From positions 1,329 to 65,328 of IMG/VR virus record IMGVR_UViG_3300049924_000176: a DNA stretch of 64,000 nt; one strand, 5' to 3'. Below, piece by piece: positions 8,107-17,942 of this stretch. Positions within the stretch are counted from its first letter, which is position 1. Each line of letters opens with the position of its first letter. Under the pieces are notes generated by a model. The model saw nothing but the letters and a program-made list of their open reading frames with translations, did not search any database and was not told where the DNA came from. Both the position numbers and the translations under genes were made by a program. The DNA comes from a virus (taxonomy: Duplodnaviria > Caudoviricetes).

Positions 8107-8487
8107 CTAGCTATGAGTGTGTACTTCATTAGGTGTCTCCCTTGGTGGTATGGTTAAAGTGTAGACGGCAGCTATGTACCGAAATTGATCCTCTAGTACT
8201 CCCGTAAAAGAAAGGTTTTTATAGTATTGTAATGCGGCCGCAGTGTCATGTGCCTTTTGTATATCTATTAGAAATTCGCGAGTAAGCCCATTAAAATAAG
8301 GTGGCCATTTATTCATGCCATCTACATCAAACTCAGGCTTGTACTCCTCATCAGGTATGAGCCACCCCACTGCACATTTTGTGCCATTCGGCCCACGAAA
8401 CAGACAATGGCCTTTGTCATCTATAGATGGCTTATCTTGCCTACGTAGGTTTATTACCACTTTGTCAAAGGCTTCTTGTTGGGTCAT
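8107..8487 (-). CDS. Conserved phage hypothetical protein
   Basis: TQQEAFDKVV..LRRQ...C.FRGPNGTKCAVGWLI pattern. Confidence 0.6.
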   Translation of the reverse strand: MTQQEAFDKVVINLRRQDKPSIDDKGHCLFRGPNGTKCAVGWLIPDEEYKPEFDVDGMNKWPPYFNGLTREFLIDIQKAHDTAAALQYYKNLSFTGVLEDQFRYIAAVYTLTIPPRETPNEVHTHS

Positions 8488-8864
8488 GGTTAGTTACCTT
8501 TATTGTTACACTATTAGGTTGTACTCTCGGTTCAACGACTTGATACCCCTCACATTGCCAGCATCTATAGTGTGCATAGTATCGCCATACTGTAGGGGCT
8601 AAACACTTGGCGCACAGTAGGCTAGAATGTACTCGTGGGTAGTCCATCTAACACCCCCCAAACAATGTATATAACAACGTGATAAGGCCAGCCCAGAACG
8701 CGACAATAAACACTGCAATTACTGCATAGACCATGCATGATTCAGTCGGCATGATTACCTCCATGCTATAATAGGTTCGCCTTCTTCCTGGTCCTCATCA
8801 GTTGATACCATACAATGATACACGAGTGCACTGAGCATTAATAGCAATATAAGCCCGCCTAGTG

Positions 8865-9089
8865 TTAGCACAAGTTTAGTAAGCATAATGGTATACTATG
8901 GATTGGTCTACCTTTGGGGCGTTCTTCTAAAGCTGCACGTTCTTCTGGTGTTAGTTTAGCATTGATCTCTGTGCGCATATCAATACGCTTACTACAGTTC
9001 ACACACCGATAGCTCGGTTTGGTGTGGGTTTCGAGTTCTACATTGTAATCACGTACAAGCAAGCCGTTACATTTTGAACAGTTTGTCAT
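8865..9089 (-). CDS. Small Zn-ribbon protein
   Basis: CSKC...CVNC; GGAGG upstream. Confidence 0.55.
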   Translation of the reverse strand: MTNCSKCNGLLVRDYNVELETHTKPSYRCVNCSKRIDMRTEINAKLTPEERAALEERPKGRPIHSIPLCLLNLC

Positions 9090-9271
9090 TTAGACCTCCC
9101 ATGTGTTCTTACGCCAGGGTATCCCACTCGTGCTATGTGGCACCCATGTATGGCTATATCGTCTCAGTTTTGACCATTGGTATGCACGTTTTATGAAGTG
9201 AATAACAGGTATAGCAAGGATAGCAAGCCCTGTTATACCTACCACTACAGCTATTGCTAATAGGTCCCAGC

Positions 9272-9481
9272 TCATTCCATACCCTCCATCAGTTCAGGTG
9301 GTGTAATAGGCCCATACCAGTAATAACTGAATAGGCCAAGGGGGGCTGGTAAATCTAATTCTACCCCCCAGACCTCAGAGCCCTGGACATAAACAATTGT
9401 ACACTCTAATTCAGGGTGCTTATACCAGTACCAGCCGTCTATGCGTGGTCTCGTTAATGTCCATGTTTGAGTCTTACTCAT
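9272..9481 (-). CDS. Hypothetical protein of WT..P..GWYW type
   Basis: WTLTRPRIDGWYWY...WYGPITPP; similar to 63584-64000. Confidence 0.55.
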   Translation of the reverse strand: MSKTQTWTLTRPRIDGWYWYKHPELECTIVYVQGSEVWGVELDLPAPLGLFSYYWYGPITPPELMEGME

Positions 9482-9785
9482 GGTTTAGTCTCCACCGTAA
9501 TTCAGCGCCATCCCTTATTCCATATTCCCTGCATATCTCACCCATGCTCTTGTCGTATGCAGTACGTTCAATCTTTTCTGTGTAGGCCTTGTTTTGTTCA
9601 GCCCACCGTTGTTGCTGCTTTTCTTTGCGCCGCGCTACCGTTTCAGGATTATGGATTCCACAATACGATTTCCCGGACACCTCAATAGTCGCTTTTCTGG
9701 TACATTTATAGTGGTGCCAGTCTCTATATATAAGAGTGCAACATTGGGGTTTAGTTTCGGTCATGTTCATACTCCCTTGGCTCAC
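9474..9785 (-). CDS. Small Cys/His protein
   Basis: C...CTRKA...YCGIH putative Zn site. Confidence 0.55.
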   Translation of the reverse strand: MSQGSMNMTETKPQCCTLIYRDWHHYKCTRKATIEVSGKSYCGIHNPETVARRKEKQQQRWAEQNKAYTEKIERTAYDKSMGEICREYGIRDGAELRWRLNHE

Positions 9786-9970
9786 CTTTGTCTAACCACA
9801 CAAACACACAGAGCGCGGTTATCCAGGCGATTAGTACACCCCAAGCTACCAATACAATCAATAGTAATAATACACTGGGGTCTAAGTAGTTCATGATGTA
9901 ACATCCCCCTTGTTATTAGTTTCGCGCATTATTGCAGCGCCTTGCTCTGGCTCATCTTCATCTGGAAGGC

Positions 9971-10207
9971 TCATAGCGAACCTGACCGCAACCCTGACCA
10001 TGACCGCGACATTGAACCTGACCATGACCGCGACCATGACCGTGACATTGACCCTGACCACGACCCTGACCACGAGCGCAACCCCGACCCTGACCATGAC
10101 CGCGTCCACGACACCGACATTGAACCTGACCATGACCCTGACCATGACCGCAACATCGACCCCAACCGCGTCCACGACCGCCATTTATTTTTCGCGGATC
10201 GTATCAT
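9971..10207 (-). CDS. Ser/Trp/Arg/Gly low-complexity repeat protein (SWSG/SWSR)
   Basis: ATG overlaps the TGA of the upstream Sm-like gene (ATGA 10207-10204), which selects this frame among several open ones. Confidence 0.7.
   Translation of the reverse strand: MIRSAKNKWRSWTRLGSMLRSWSGSWSGSMSVSWTRSWSGSGLRSWSGSWSGSMSRSWSRSWSGSMSRSWSGLRSGSL
9980..10180. repeat. Imperfect tandem 6/12-nt repeats (GACCCT/GACCAT/GACCGC/GACATT-GAACCT)
   Basis: Directly visible; explains the open frames on both strands. Confidence 0.9.
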
Positions 10208-10461
10208 TTGAGCACCCCGAAACTCTCAACGCACGATGTTTGCACGTACCATGGCCCTGGTAATGGTTGGGCATCTTTCCATGTTTTCGAGCACAACTCA
10301 CCAGTTTCGTACACAATTGCAGCATCGTGTAGCAGTACGCATGATGCGTTGACGCCTATCAGTTTCCCCGTATAAATATAATTCAGGCAGAACAATGTCA
10401 CTCGCTCACCCATCAACTTCTCCAAACCTTCTCCGTTCACGTCCTCTACTATCTTTCGCAT
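10204..10461 (-). CDS. Sm/LSm-like fold protein
   Basis: LEKLMGERVTLFCLNYIYTGKLIGVNASCVLLHDA fits the Sm1 pattern; GGAGG RBS. Confidence 0.6.
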   Translation of the reverse strand: MRKIVEDVNGEGLEKLMGERVTLFCLNYIYTGKLIGVNASCVLLHDAAIVYETGELCSKTWKDAQPLPGPWYVQTSCVESFGVLK

Positions 10462-10841
10462 CACATCCTCCATACGATTTGTTTAAATTACTCCCATGGT
10501 TTCGGCTCCTCATGCCTGCATGATCGCCCAATCCACCAGGCCACCGCGCACACCATCCCGCACGTCCAGACGCCCAACAGATAGCCCGCCATAAAGTCGC
10601 TCATATCTTCACCTCATTACTCTTTTCCTTAAATGAGATAACTAGCTCCCTATCGTAGAGGATGGCTAATGCAGCTAATTCTTTGATGGTGACATTTCCG
10701 GCAGACATAGCCGCCATGTTAAAGGCTTTCTTCTCGACTGCTTTGACTGATGAGATTCCTTTGCGATCTTTCATGTCCCCACCTTCCTGAAGAATTTTGC
10801 CAAGGCATCTGGGGCTGGCTTGTATTTCACGTTCTTCATGG

Positions 10842-11153
10842 TCAAATCTCCTCCCAATAGAGAAATAGGTGGGCGAATCGTTCAGAGGCCGGAAAGGTGC
10901 TACACCATGTATAGCCGTCCATATGGGTACTCTTCAGGTGCTCACGACACACAAACTTGGTAGCGTCTTCACACCACGAACAATCATCGCGCCCGTAGGC
11001 TTTAGAGGCTGGGTTTGAACGGGCATTCGGGAAGAGAAATGTGTGTTTATAGTGTGCGAGTTCCCCGCATTCCTCACATTCACGCCGCAATCGTTTTCGT
11101 GTAACGGTCTGCGTCTCACCTTCACCTGGCAAATCATCGAGTGTTGTATCCAT
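10842..11153 (-). CDS. Cys-rich hypothetical protein
   Basis: CEEC, CSWC, VCREH motifs; AGGAGG RBS. Confidence 0.55.
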   Translation of the reverse strand: MDTTLDDLPGEGETQTVTRKRLRRECEECGELAHYKHTFLFPNARSNPASKAYGRDDCSWCEDATKFVCREHLKSTHMDGYTWCSTFPASERFAHLFLYWEEI

Positions 11154-11163
11154 ACAAACCTCC

Positions 11164-11613
11164 TTAAAATTTTGGACCCCATGTGACCGTGATCACGTCT
11201 TCGCCAACATTCGGCCTGCACCGGTCCCCGCTCCAGCAGATGCCGAGTGCGTTGCCGTTGCTCATGTGGAGATAGCCGATCGCTGAGCAGTAGTGGCTGT
11301 AACAGACCATTGCTTGAATGCCTAGCTCGTATTGTGCCCGTGCTGGTAGGTTGCGCTCAGGATGATCGACATATGAGATACCGGCCTGTGGTATTACTGA
11401 AAACTCAAAGCCTTTATACTCTTTGGTGAATCCATAATCAACCCCTGCCGTGTAGATACCATTCCGTGCTGCCCTTACATGAGCCCCTAGCCCAGTATTA
11501 CAAGTATGTAGCTCTACCATGGGGCTATGGTCTAGGTTGCTGGTATGCCAGTCTGTGCTAATGGGCATCATAGCTCCAGCTAATATAATAGGGGCTAGAC
11601 AAAGGTCAAGCAT
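11164..11613 (-). CDS. pagL: PagL-like outer-membrane beta-barrel acyl hydrolase (lipid A 3-O-deacylase family)
   Basis: YLHMSNG...PNVGED motif, alternating hydrophobic strands, C-terminal Phe. Confidence 0.6.
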   Translation of the reverse strand: MLDLCLAPIILAGAMMPISTDWHTSNLDHSPMVELHTCNTGLGAHVRAARNGIYTAGVDYGFTKEYKGFEFSVIPQAGISYVDHPERNLPARAQYELGIQAMVCYSHYCSAIGYLHMSNGNALGICWSGDRCRPNVGEDVITVTWGPKF

Positions 11614-12560
11614 TGGACTTCCTTCCAAAGCAATACATTCTCCTGAATGGCAGCTTGTAGGGACGAGGAAGCGGGGTCTTGCCGGTCTTAATGTCATACC
11701 CGCATCGCTCACAGCATGTATCACCTATTCCACAGAGATGATTTATGTGTATGCCATGACAGTCTTCACGGTTACAAATCTTACAAGGGGCTAGACAAAG
11801 GTTTAACATAATAGTTACTCGTAGTCACTCACATAGGTATCAGCAGGCATGGACTGCCCACTCCTACACATAATCGTACACATTCCACCCGTACAACACT
11901 GCATGCATTGAGCAGGTTGGCCACCCCCAGGTGGGTAGATGGTGATAAAGGTACACCCTAGAAATGTAATGAGCCATAGTGCTGCAGTCATAGTCACCTC
12001 CAAATAAACATTCCTACAATTGCTACCCATATACTAATGACGATTGCTGCTGCTGTTAACTCCATGCGTATGATGGTCATGGTATACCCCCATACCTATT
12101 AAAGATTAAGTTATACATACCCGCAGGATATTGGGCGAGCAGTATTGAACATAGTATAAAACTATTCGTTAGTATGAATACGTTACCAGGCCCTTGTATG
12201 ATATATGCGTGTGTGTGCATTAGAGTAACCTATCCCCTGGTAGTGGTCTATCACCTAGTAACTTACATCGTAGCTGCTCTTGTTGTTCGCACATAGTAGG
12301 TTGAGCTATGTGTAATGGCATATACACTGCTAGTCTAGGATCTATGTGAGCCACAACAATAACTGGTTGTGTAGCCTCATGCAATAGTTCAGTGTGTGGT
12401 ATCTGGGGTCCTACTAGGTGTCTGTCACGGTCTGGTATCAACACGTCAAGTTGCCAGCGGTCGCCTGATTCATGTAAAAAGCTAGGTTGCATGTTATCGT
12501 CACCTCCTTGTAAGCTACCACAAGGCCCTAGAGGTATGCGCCTCTAGAGCCCTAGCTAGG

Positions 12561-12881
12561 TTACAGGTTAAAGTTCTCGACCTCAAACACTACAGGTTCC
12601 TCAACTGGTTCTACTGGTTCAGGATTGGTTAGGGTAAATGCAAACTTATTGAACTTCGCATTATACTTACCGGCCGTGGTGTTATGCGGCGTGATACCAT
12701 ACGTCACCCCACCATTATCAGCTAGCCTTTGTGGTCTAGCAATATAGTCCTTCCCGCCAATGGTGAACTTAATACCTGTGGGGTACTCACCTTTCTTGAC
12801 TAAGGACATAGCAAGCTGTTTGCTAGACTCCTTAGCTACCCTGCGCTCATCTGCCGTCATATCTGCCCATTCCTTGCCCAT
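12561..12881 (-). CDS. Hypothetical protein
   Basis: GGAGG RBS; followed by the hairpin CTAGAGG/CCTCTAG near 12523-12547. Confidence 0.6.
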   Translation of the reverse strand: MGKEWADMTADERRVAKESSKQLAMSLVKKGEYPTGIKFTIGGKDYIARPQRLADNGGVTYGITPHNTTAGKYNAKFNKFAFTLTNPEPVEPVEEPVVFEVENFNL

Positions 12882-13077
12882 ATGTACCTCCATTAATAGT
12901 TATGGCACGTTGACTACACTGATTTCACACTCATTTCTATAGCGTCCACTATTTGTTTTGTAGCATCCTGTAATACATCTAGTTGCAGACCTACAGGCAA
13001 GTGGCTTAGGCTTACAACAAAGACATTCAATTCTACCTGTACTGCTTTGTCTAACTGTGTGGGGTTGAATAGCATAG

Positions 13078-13410
13078 TTACTCCTCTTCTAAGTCCTCTA
13101 ATACACTCTCTGCAATCTCGTACCAGTTCACACTTGATACCGCGCTATTGAGCAGGTCGGTGAAGCAGCTAGATTGGTCTGGCATCCAGGCCTCTAATTG
13201 GCCGCCAAAGTATTCTTTGAGGCTAACTACTAATGTATGTACAATACGCCGTTCTAGCTCCATATACCTATTTTTATAGGGGTTAGCCTTTGCTTCTCGT
13301 GCTAGTTCTTTGATATGTTCTAGCTCACTTTCATCACTATCCATCCATAGCTTGACATTCCAAGTTTCGTAGTTTGTCCAACCATTGTATTTGGTGTCTG
13401 TAGTAGTCAT
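13078..13410 (-). CDS. Conserved phage protein (YNGWTNYETW family)
   Basis: N-terminal YNGWTNYETWNVKLW motif. Confidence 0.7.
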   Translation of the reverse strand: MTTTDTKYNGWTNYETWNVKLWMDSDESELEHIKELAREAKANPYKNRYMELERRIVHTLVVSLKEYFGGQLEAWMPDQSSCFTDLLNSAVSSVNWYEIAESVLEDLEEE

Positions 13411-13431
13411 GCTATCCCCCTTAGTAGTTGG

Positions 13432-13602
13432 TTACACTCGTTTCCCATTAGAAAGAAATTCATACCCCTTCGCTACGATATCCTCCTCTATCTGTTCATC
13501 TGTTATGAAATATTCATATTCACAATACCATTTCCTCGCTCGCTCTTTCGCCTTATCGTCTAGTTCATCGAATTGGTAGACTTTTGTTTCTATGATTCGC
13601 AT
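13432..13602 (-). CDS. 56-aa protein MRIIETKVYQFDEL...GYEFLSNGKRV
   Basis: Manual translation (below the track cut-off); GGGG RBS. Confidence 0.65.
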   Translation of the reverse strand: MRIIETKVYQFDELDDKAKERARKWYCEYEYFITDEQIEEDIVAKGYEFLSNGKRV

Positions 13603-13727
13603 GGTACCCCCCTATTAAACCTCAGGTCCTTCCATATTGTGCATGATCTCTCTCCCTCTGCCAGGTCTGCCCCTGGCGGGCTGGGCGTCACTCTCCTGAA
13701 TCCGTCAGTAGAAGGGCGCGGGGTTAG

Positions 13728-15662
13728 TTAGTCGATCGGAAGCAATAAGTTATCAAGCATCTGCTGTGTATCCCACCGAAACGTATGGTACATACCATAT
13801 TTGAACCCTTGCTCAAACCGTAACGGGTCTTTTTTCCATGTCTTCATTGATCCATTGCGCCTGATATCCCTTGCCTTACCATTACGATCTAGCGTCTTGA
13901 TAGTAGGGTAGTCTTCCCCTTGAGCCATTGCTCTCAGATCATCTACGGTGCATTTCCTCAAGGTGAGCATGATAGGCTGTTTGTTTCGATTGTATCCATC
14001 CTCTACTGTAACGGTTTCCATGGTGCCCCCCTGGTGTGTGGCGCGGGTCGCGGGTTTAGTTTATCGACGTAGAAGGGTCTCTCTTGCATGTACTGTCCAT
14101 TCGGCGTCTGTATTGTCAGGTTCGTACGTTTCAATGAGCCTAGTAAATACTGGAAGCATTCCCCGAAGGACCAATCTGCATTCTTCTAATGTGTCAATTT
14201 TCTGCGTGGTACGCGCTCGCTCTGAACGGAGTCCATCGACAATTATTTGCAGGTAAATAGCTCGCTGAGATTCCTCTCTTAGTTGCGCTTTAAGATCGGC
14301 TATTTCGCTTGCTTGCTTGCTTGGTTTCATGGTGTCCTCCTAGTGAGTGGTTGCGTTCATGACTCATTTTACCTGCCAGTAATTGCCTTACGGCATTTCG
14401 TACAGACTCGGCCCACAGTTAAGACCACACCGAACGCGGCATTGCGTACTAAGGAACCCACTGACTTTCGTTTATGACAGAATTCACAGAGCATGGTGTC
14501 CTCCTGGTGTGTGCGGTGCGGGTCATGGGTGAGCTACTTCAGTGCTTCCATTGCAATGCGCAAGTCGGCTATGCGCAATTCCAGCTTAATCATGTTCGTA
14601 TAGTTGGGCGTGTCACTGCTCATCGCTCAACCTCAACCAGCAGGTTCTTCAGGAACCATTTACTGACCGTTGGGCATCCGTCAGTTGACTTGCGCCCTTC
14701 TAATCGGATGGATGAGGCTGTACGGACCGGCTCACTCTCTACGTGCAAGGCATAGGACTTAAATCGCACGATATCTCCCTTTTGTACTTTCATAATATCT
14801 ATGATCATCATGTCCTCCTGGTTCGTGGTTATTATGTTGACTCTAATCTGAAGCTCCAGTCAGTATTCACGCGAGTGACTTCCTCAAGTACTCGTTGTGC
14901 TTTCTCGTGTTCCATGATGGTTGCGTAGATAAGATTACCGACCGGTGCGCCGCGCTTCAGGTCCATAGCCTTGAATGTTCGCATACCTGGACCTTTGCCG
15001 TAGAGTCTGAAATACTGAACGATGGTTGCATTTTCCATTGTGTCCTCCTGGCGTGCGGGTCATGGGTTAGTGTCCTTCTGCCTTGGCAATGGCATGGCGC
15101 ATAATGGCCATTTGCCCAGGGTCAGTATTTTCTCCATGCATGGTCACCATTGCGGCCAAGGCTATTTTCAATGCCTCTAACAACTCAGGCGCGGCAGCAA
15201 TGAGGCGGGCGTTCACTTGCGCCGTGGCGAGGTCGGTAAATACGGCATCGGCCAGTGCGACTAGTTCACCCTGCTCTCCATATATATCGCGTTTCGAGTG
15301 AGCCGTGCGCACGCCGATATGCCATGGTCCTGGCGTGTGTGTTGTGGTGTTGCGCATTGTGTCCTCCTGGCTCGTGGTTATTCAGCGTATGCGGATTCAA
15401 TTCGTGTGTTGCAATTATCACAATACAGGCCCGAGTCTTCCCAATTCACGTCAATAGCATCTACGCGCCATCCGTCATATAAATGATGCCGGATTGCTGG
15501 GCCTATGTGTCGCCACTCTTTCTTGAGACACGTGCAGCATAGGGGAGCACCGTGTGAGGTTACTGCATACAGGGGATAACCACCTGGCCATACATAATGG
15601 TCGTGTATGGCGCGTTTGATTGATAGCGGGATAGGATGTAAACAAATCGTTGAGCACATCAT
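13728..15662 (-). other. Array of seven to eight short early genes (13728-14021, 14061-14330, 14369-14494 CxxC..CxxC, 14620-14811, 14832-15038, 15067-15357 TPGPW..LIAAAPELLEAL family, 15378-15662 YVWPGGYP family)
   Basis: Each is preceded by a copy of a shared leader containing CCAGGAGGACA or a close variant. Confidence 0.7.
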
Positions 15663-15687
15663 GATGTCCTCCTGGTGAGTGGTTATT
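14024..15687 (-). repeat. Dispersed start-associated repeat containing the RBS
   Basis: Plus-strand TGTCCTCCT at 14333, 14497, 14811, 15041, 15360, 15665; variant TGCCCCCCT at 14024; flanks also conserved. Confidence 0.85.
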
Positions 15688-15874
15688 CCCACCCAATGTA
15701 TAAGCAACATCTGGGCCGTTTGTAACTGTGAGTAGCATTCAATAGAATCAATAGGTTGCGTAGGCTAGACTATTACGAGTGTGTGATAAACCCCATAATG
15801 ACTAGCAGAAATGCTACATCTATGGCATATTAGCTACAGGACTCCCCACTAATACAGCATAAATACAGGATTGT

Positions 15875-16405
15875 ATGCCGAAAACTCTTGCAATGCCCAA
15901 AGCCAAGCCTAGCGTCGTGCTCCTCAGTGACACTGCCGAACTGCCCACGAAACCCGCCCGTAAAGGTAATCTCAATCCCCCTCCGCCTAGGCTTGGTGGC
16001 AATACCTACAGTGATAAGACCTGGCAACCTATTTTTACACAACCACGCGTGAAGAAACAGGAAAAGGGGTTAGACACCTGGAGCAACACCGCGTTGATAC
16101 TGGCACAGCGAGCTCTACGTGCCGCGCAGACCTACGGGAAAAAGGATTTCAATAGTCTATATAGATTAGTGCTCAGCGCTGGCATAGCCTATGACAAGGC
16201 CTTCCCCCAAGTGCAGCAACCTACTGGGACTAACCTCGTCTTCCAACTATTTGGTTCATTGGGTAGTGACACCACACGCGCAATACTTGAGCCTACTCAC
16301 CCCACGATAGATATTACTCCCACCCCGCTACCGGCTGAGCGAGCCCTAGAGGCGAGCGATCACCCCATGCTACTATCCACGCCATCTGACGATCGCACGT
16401 CCTAG
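15875..16405 (+). CDS. Possible terminase small subunit
   Basis: First plus-strand gene before TerL; LVLSAGIAYDKA helix motif. Position and weak motif only. Confidence 0.4.
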   Translation: MPKTLAMPKAKPSVVLLSDTAELPTKPARKGNLNPPPPRLGGNTYSDKTWQPIFTQPRVKKQEKGLDTWSNTALILAQRALRAAQTYGKKDFNSLYRLVLSAGIAYDKAFPQVQQPTGTNLVFQLFGSLGSDTTRAILEPTHPTIDITPTPLPAERALEASDHPMLLSTPSDDRTS

Positions 16406-16662
16406 GGCCATTGTGTGCGCCGCACTTGTAGTAGCCTATAAGCTACACACTACATATAGTAGGTCACTACATCATACATACCATTCTCGCCCGCCAGGTA
16501 GATACGCACACACTCAACCTACCCCGGCTGCCAGGGGGGTGCACCCTTGTTGTAGGGAGGTTGGGCTGGCCAGTTGGGGAACATGTACCCAAGCATACAG
16601 TGCTCGCCTAATAGAGCAACTTAGTAAAATTTATTAGAAAAATCAAAAGGTTATCACTAACG

Positions 16663-16854
16663 ATGTGGCTACTCGTGATGGTGCTCCTCATAGAGGTACC
16701 AGGCCTAGGTGGGGTCACACTCCTCAATAAATTCAACACGTACGAAGAGTGCAAGGCTGAACGAGACCGCATAGGGTATGCGATGGCGGAAGCCTACCCC
16801 AACGAACGAGACTTTGTGATAGAATGTAGACTCAACCTGCGACACACCTCGTAA
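16663..16854 (+). CDS. Small exported/membrane protein with Cys pair
   Basis: Hydrophobic N-terminus, FNTYEEC...IEC; its stop abuts the tRNA. Confidence 0.55.
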   Translation: MWLLVMVLLIEVPGLGGVTLLNKFNTYEECKAERDRIGYAMAEAYPNERDFVIECRLNLRHTS

Positions 16855-16930
16855 GCTAGTGTAGCTCAGACAGCAGAGCAGTAGTTTTGTAAACTACCGG
16901 TCGGGGGTGCAACTCCTCTCACTAGCTCCA
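16855..16930 (+). tRNA. trnT: tRNA-Thr(TGT)
   Basis: GCTAGTG/CACTAGC acceptor, T-CCA end, anticodon arm GTAGT-TTTGTAA-ACTAC, 76 nt. Confidence 0.92.
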
Positions 16931-17009
16931 CATTAGTAAATTTTAATAAAGACTAACCTATTGATAAATAACAATAGTCAAAAATAAATATGAAAAAGTT
17001 TAAAAGGAA

Positions 17010-17041
17010 GGTTGAAATTTGGCGTGTTCGATGTCTATAGT
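17010..17041 (+). promoter_or_regulatory. Conserved promoter-like motif, copy 3 (late/virion operon)
   Basis: GGTTGAAA-tttggcgtgTTCGATGTC-TATAGT; preceded by an AT-rich UP-like tract. Confidence 0.7.
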
Positions 17042-17942
17042 ATCATAATACCATGAGCGAAAGTTCCTTCCACTTCCGTTCTCGGTACTTTCTAAAGGTC
17101 GGGGGTCCTAGGGGGAACAGCTAATGGACGGCTTAGAGATTAAGGTGCGCGACAACATGATCTCTATTATTCTACCCTATGGTATATCTGCTAAGATGAC
17201 ACACCGTAGGGCAGGTAATGGTGGTGGAGTTGACCCACTAGATCCACGAGAGGATATACAGCTACAGTTAGTGACCCAGGAGTTTGGGCATGGTCTGGTA
17301 GGGTGAGGGTGGAACTAGGTGGTACAAATATGGATACGACACAAGACGTACTGCAAACTATATACAACGAACTGATGGCTGAGCAGAAGCCATTAGATAC
17401 AGAATACCAGGCTGTGCTCTACAAGAATCTATTCGAGCTATATGATAGCGGGGAGGATCTACATGGGCCAGCTAGCGGAAACTAGAAATCTAGCAAGTGT
17501 TGGAACTCGTGGCGGGGTGTTCATAGTCACACCTTCAATACTTGTCAGCTGGATGAATAAGCGGGTAACACTAACAGGACTCCCACCCGATGCAACCTAT
17601 CTACGTAGTTGGTATGACGAGAAGCTTGATGAGTTACACGTAGCCTATACAAGTCAATACGGTGAAGAATTACTACCTGGGGTAGTACCACTACGAACAG
17701 TAGTATATGTGGAAGTTGAACGTATGGTGGAGGAACCAGTTCATGGCTAAGCGACCTGCCAAATATGTAGAGCCAGAGGATGATGACCTGGATGACTATG
17801 CCGACGAGGATGAAGCGCTAGCCCGCCATGTGATCATCAACAAGTACAAGGAAGACATCAGTGAGATATTTAGTCAGGCCTACAGTGATGTAGACGACAA
17901 GATTGTAAGCCTATTAGAAGAACTAGAGGATAAGTAGCACAC

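Noticed and set aside
9891-10263. Alternative ORFs over the repeat (Val/Arg-rich, Thr/Leu-rich, Asp/His/Pro-rich)
   Set aside because: By-products of the 6/12-nt periodicity; only the SW frame is coupled to an upstream gene.
10600-10840. Possible frameshifted HTH gene
   Set aside because: Only a weak C-terminal resemblance (GNVTIKELAAL); cannot distinguish it from two tiny ORFs.
13640-13727. Hammerhead-like CTGAC core with hairpin GCCAGG/CCTGGC
   Set aside because: Lacks the CUGANGA and GAAA consensus; probably a simple hairpin.
14024-15687. Possible CRISPR-like array
   Set aside because: Repeats are short, non-palindromic, irregularly spaced (about 165-320 nt) and separated by ORFs; no cas operon.
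16855-16930. tRNA-Thr as an att site of a prophage
   Set aside because: No integrase, no duplicated tRNA 3' end and no host genes visible.
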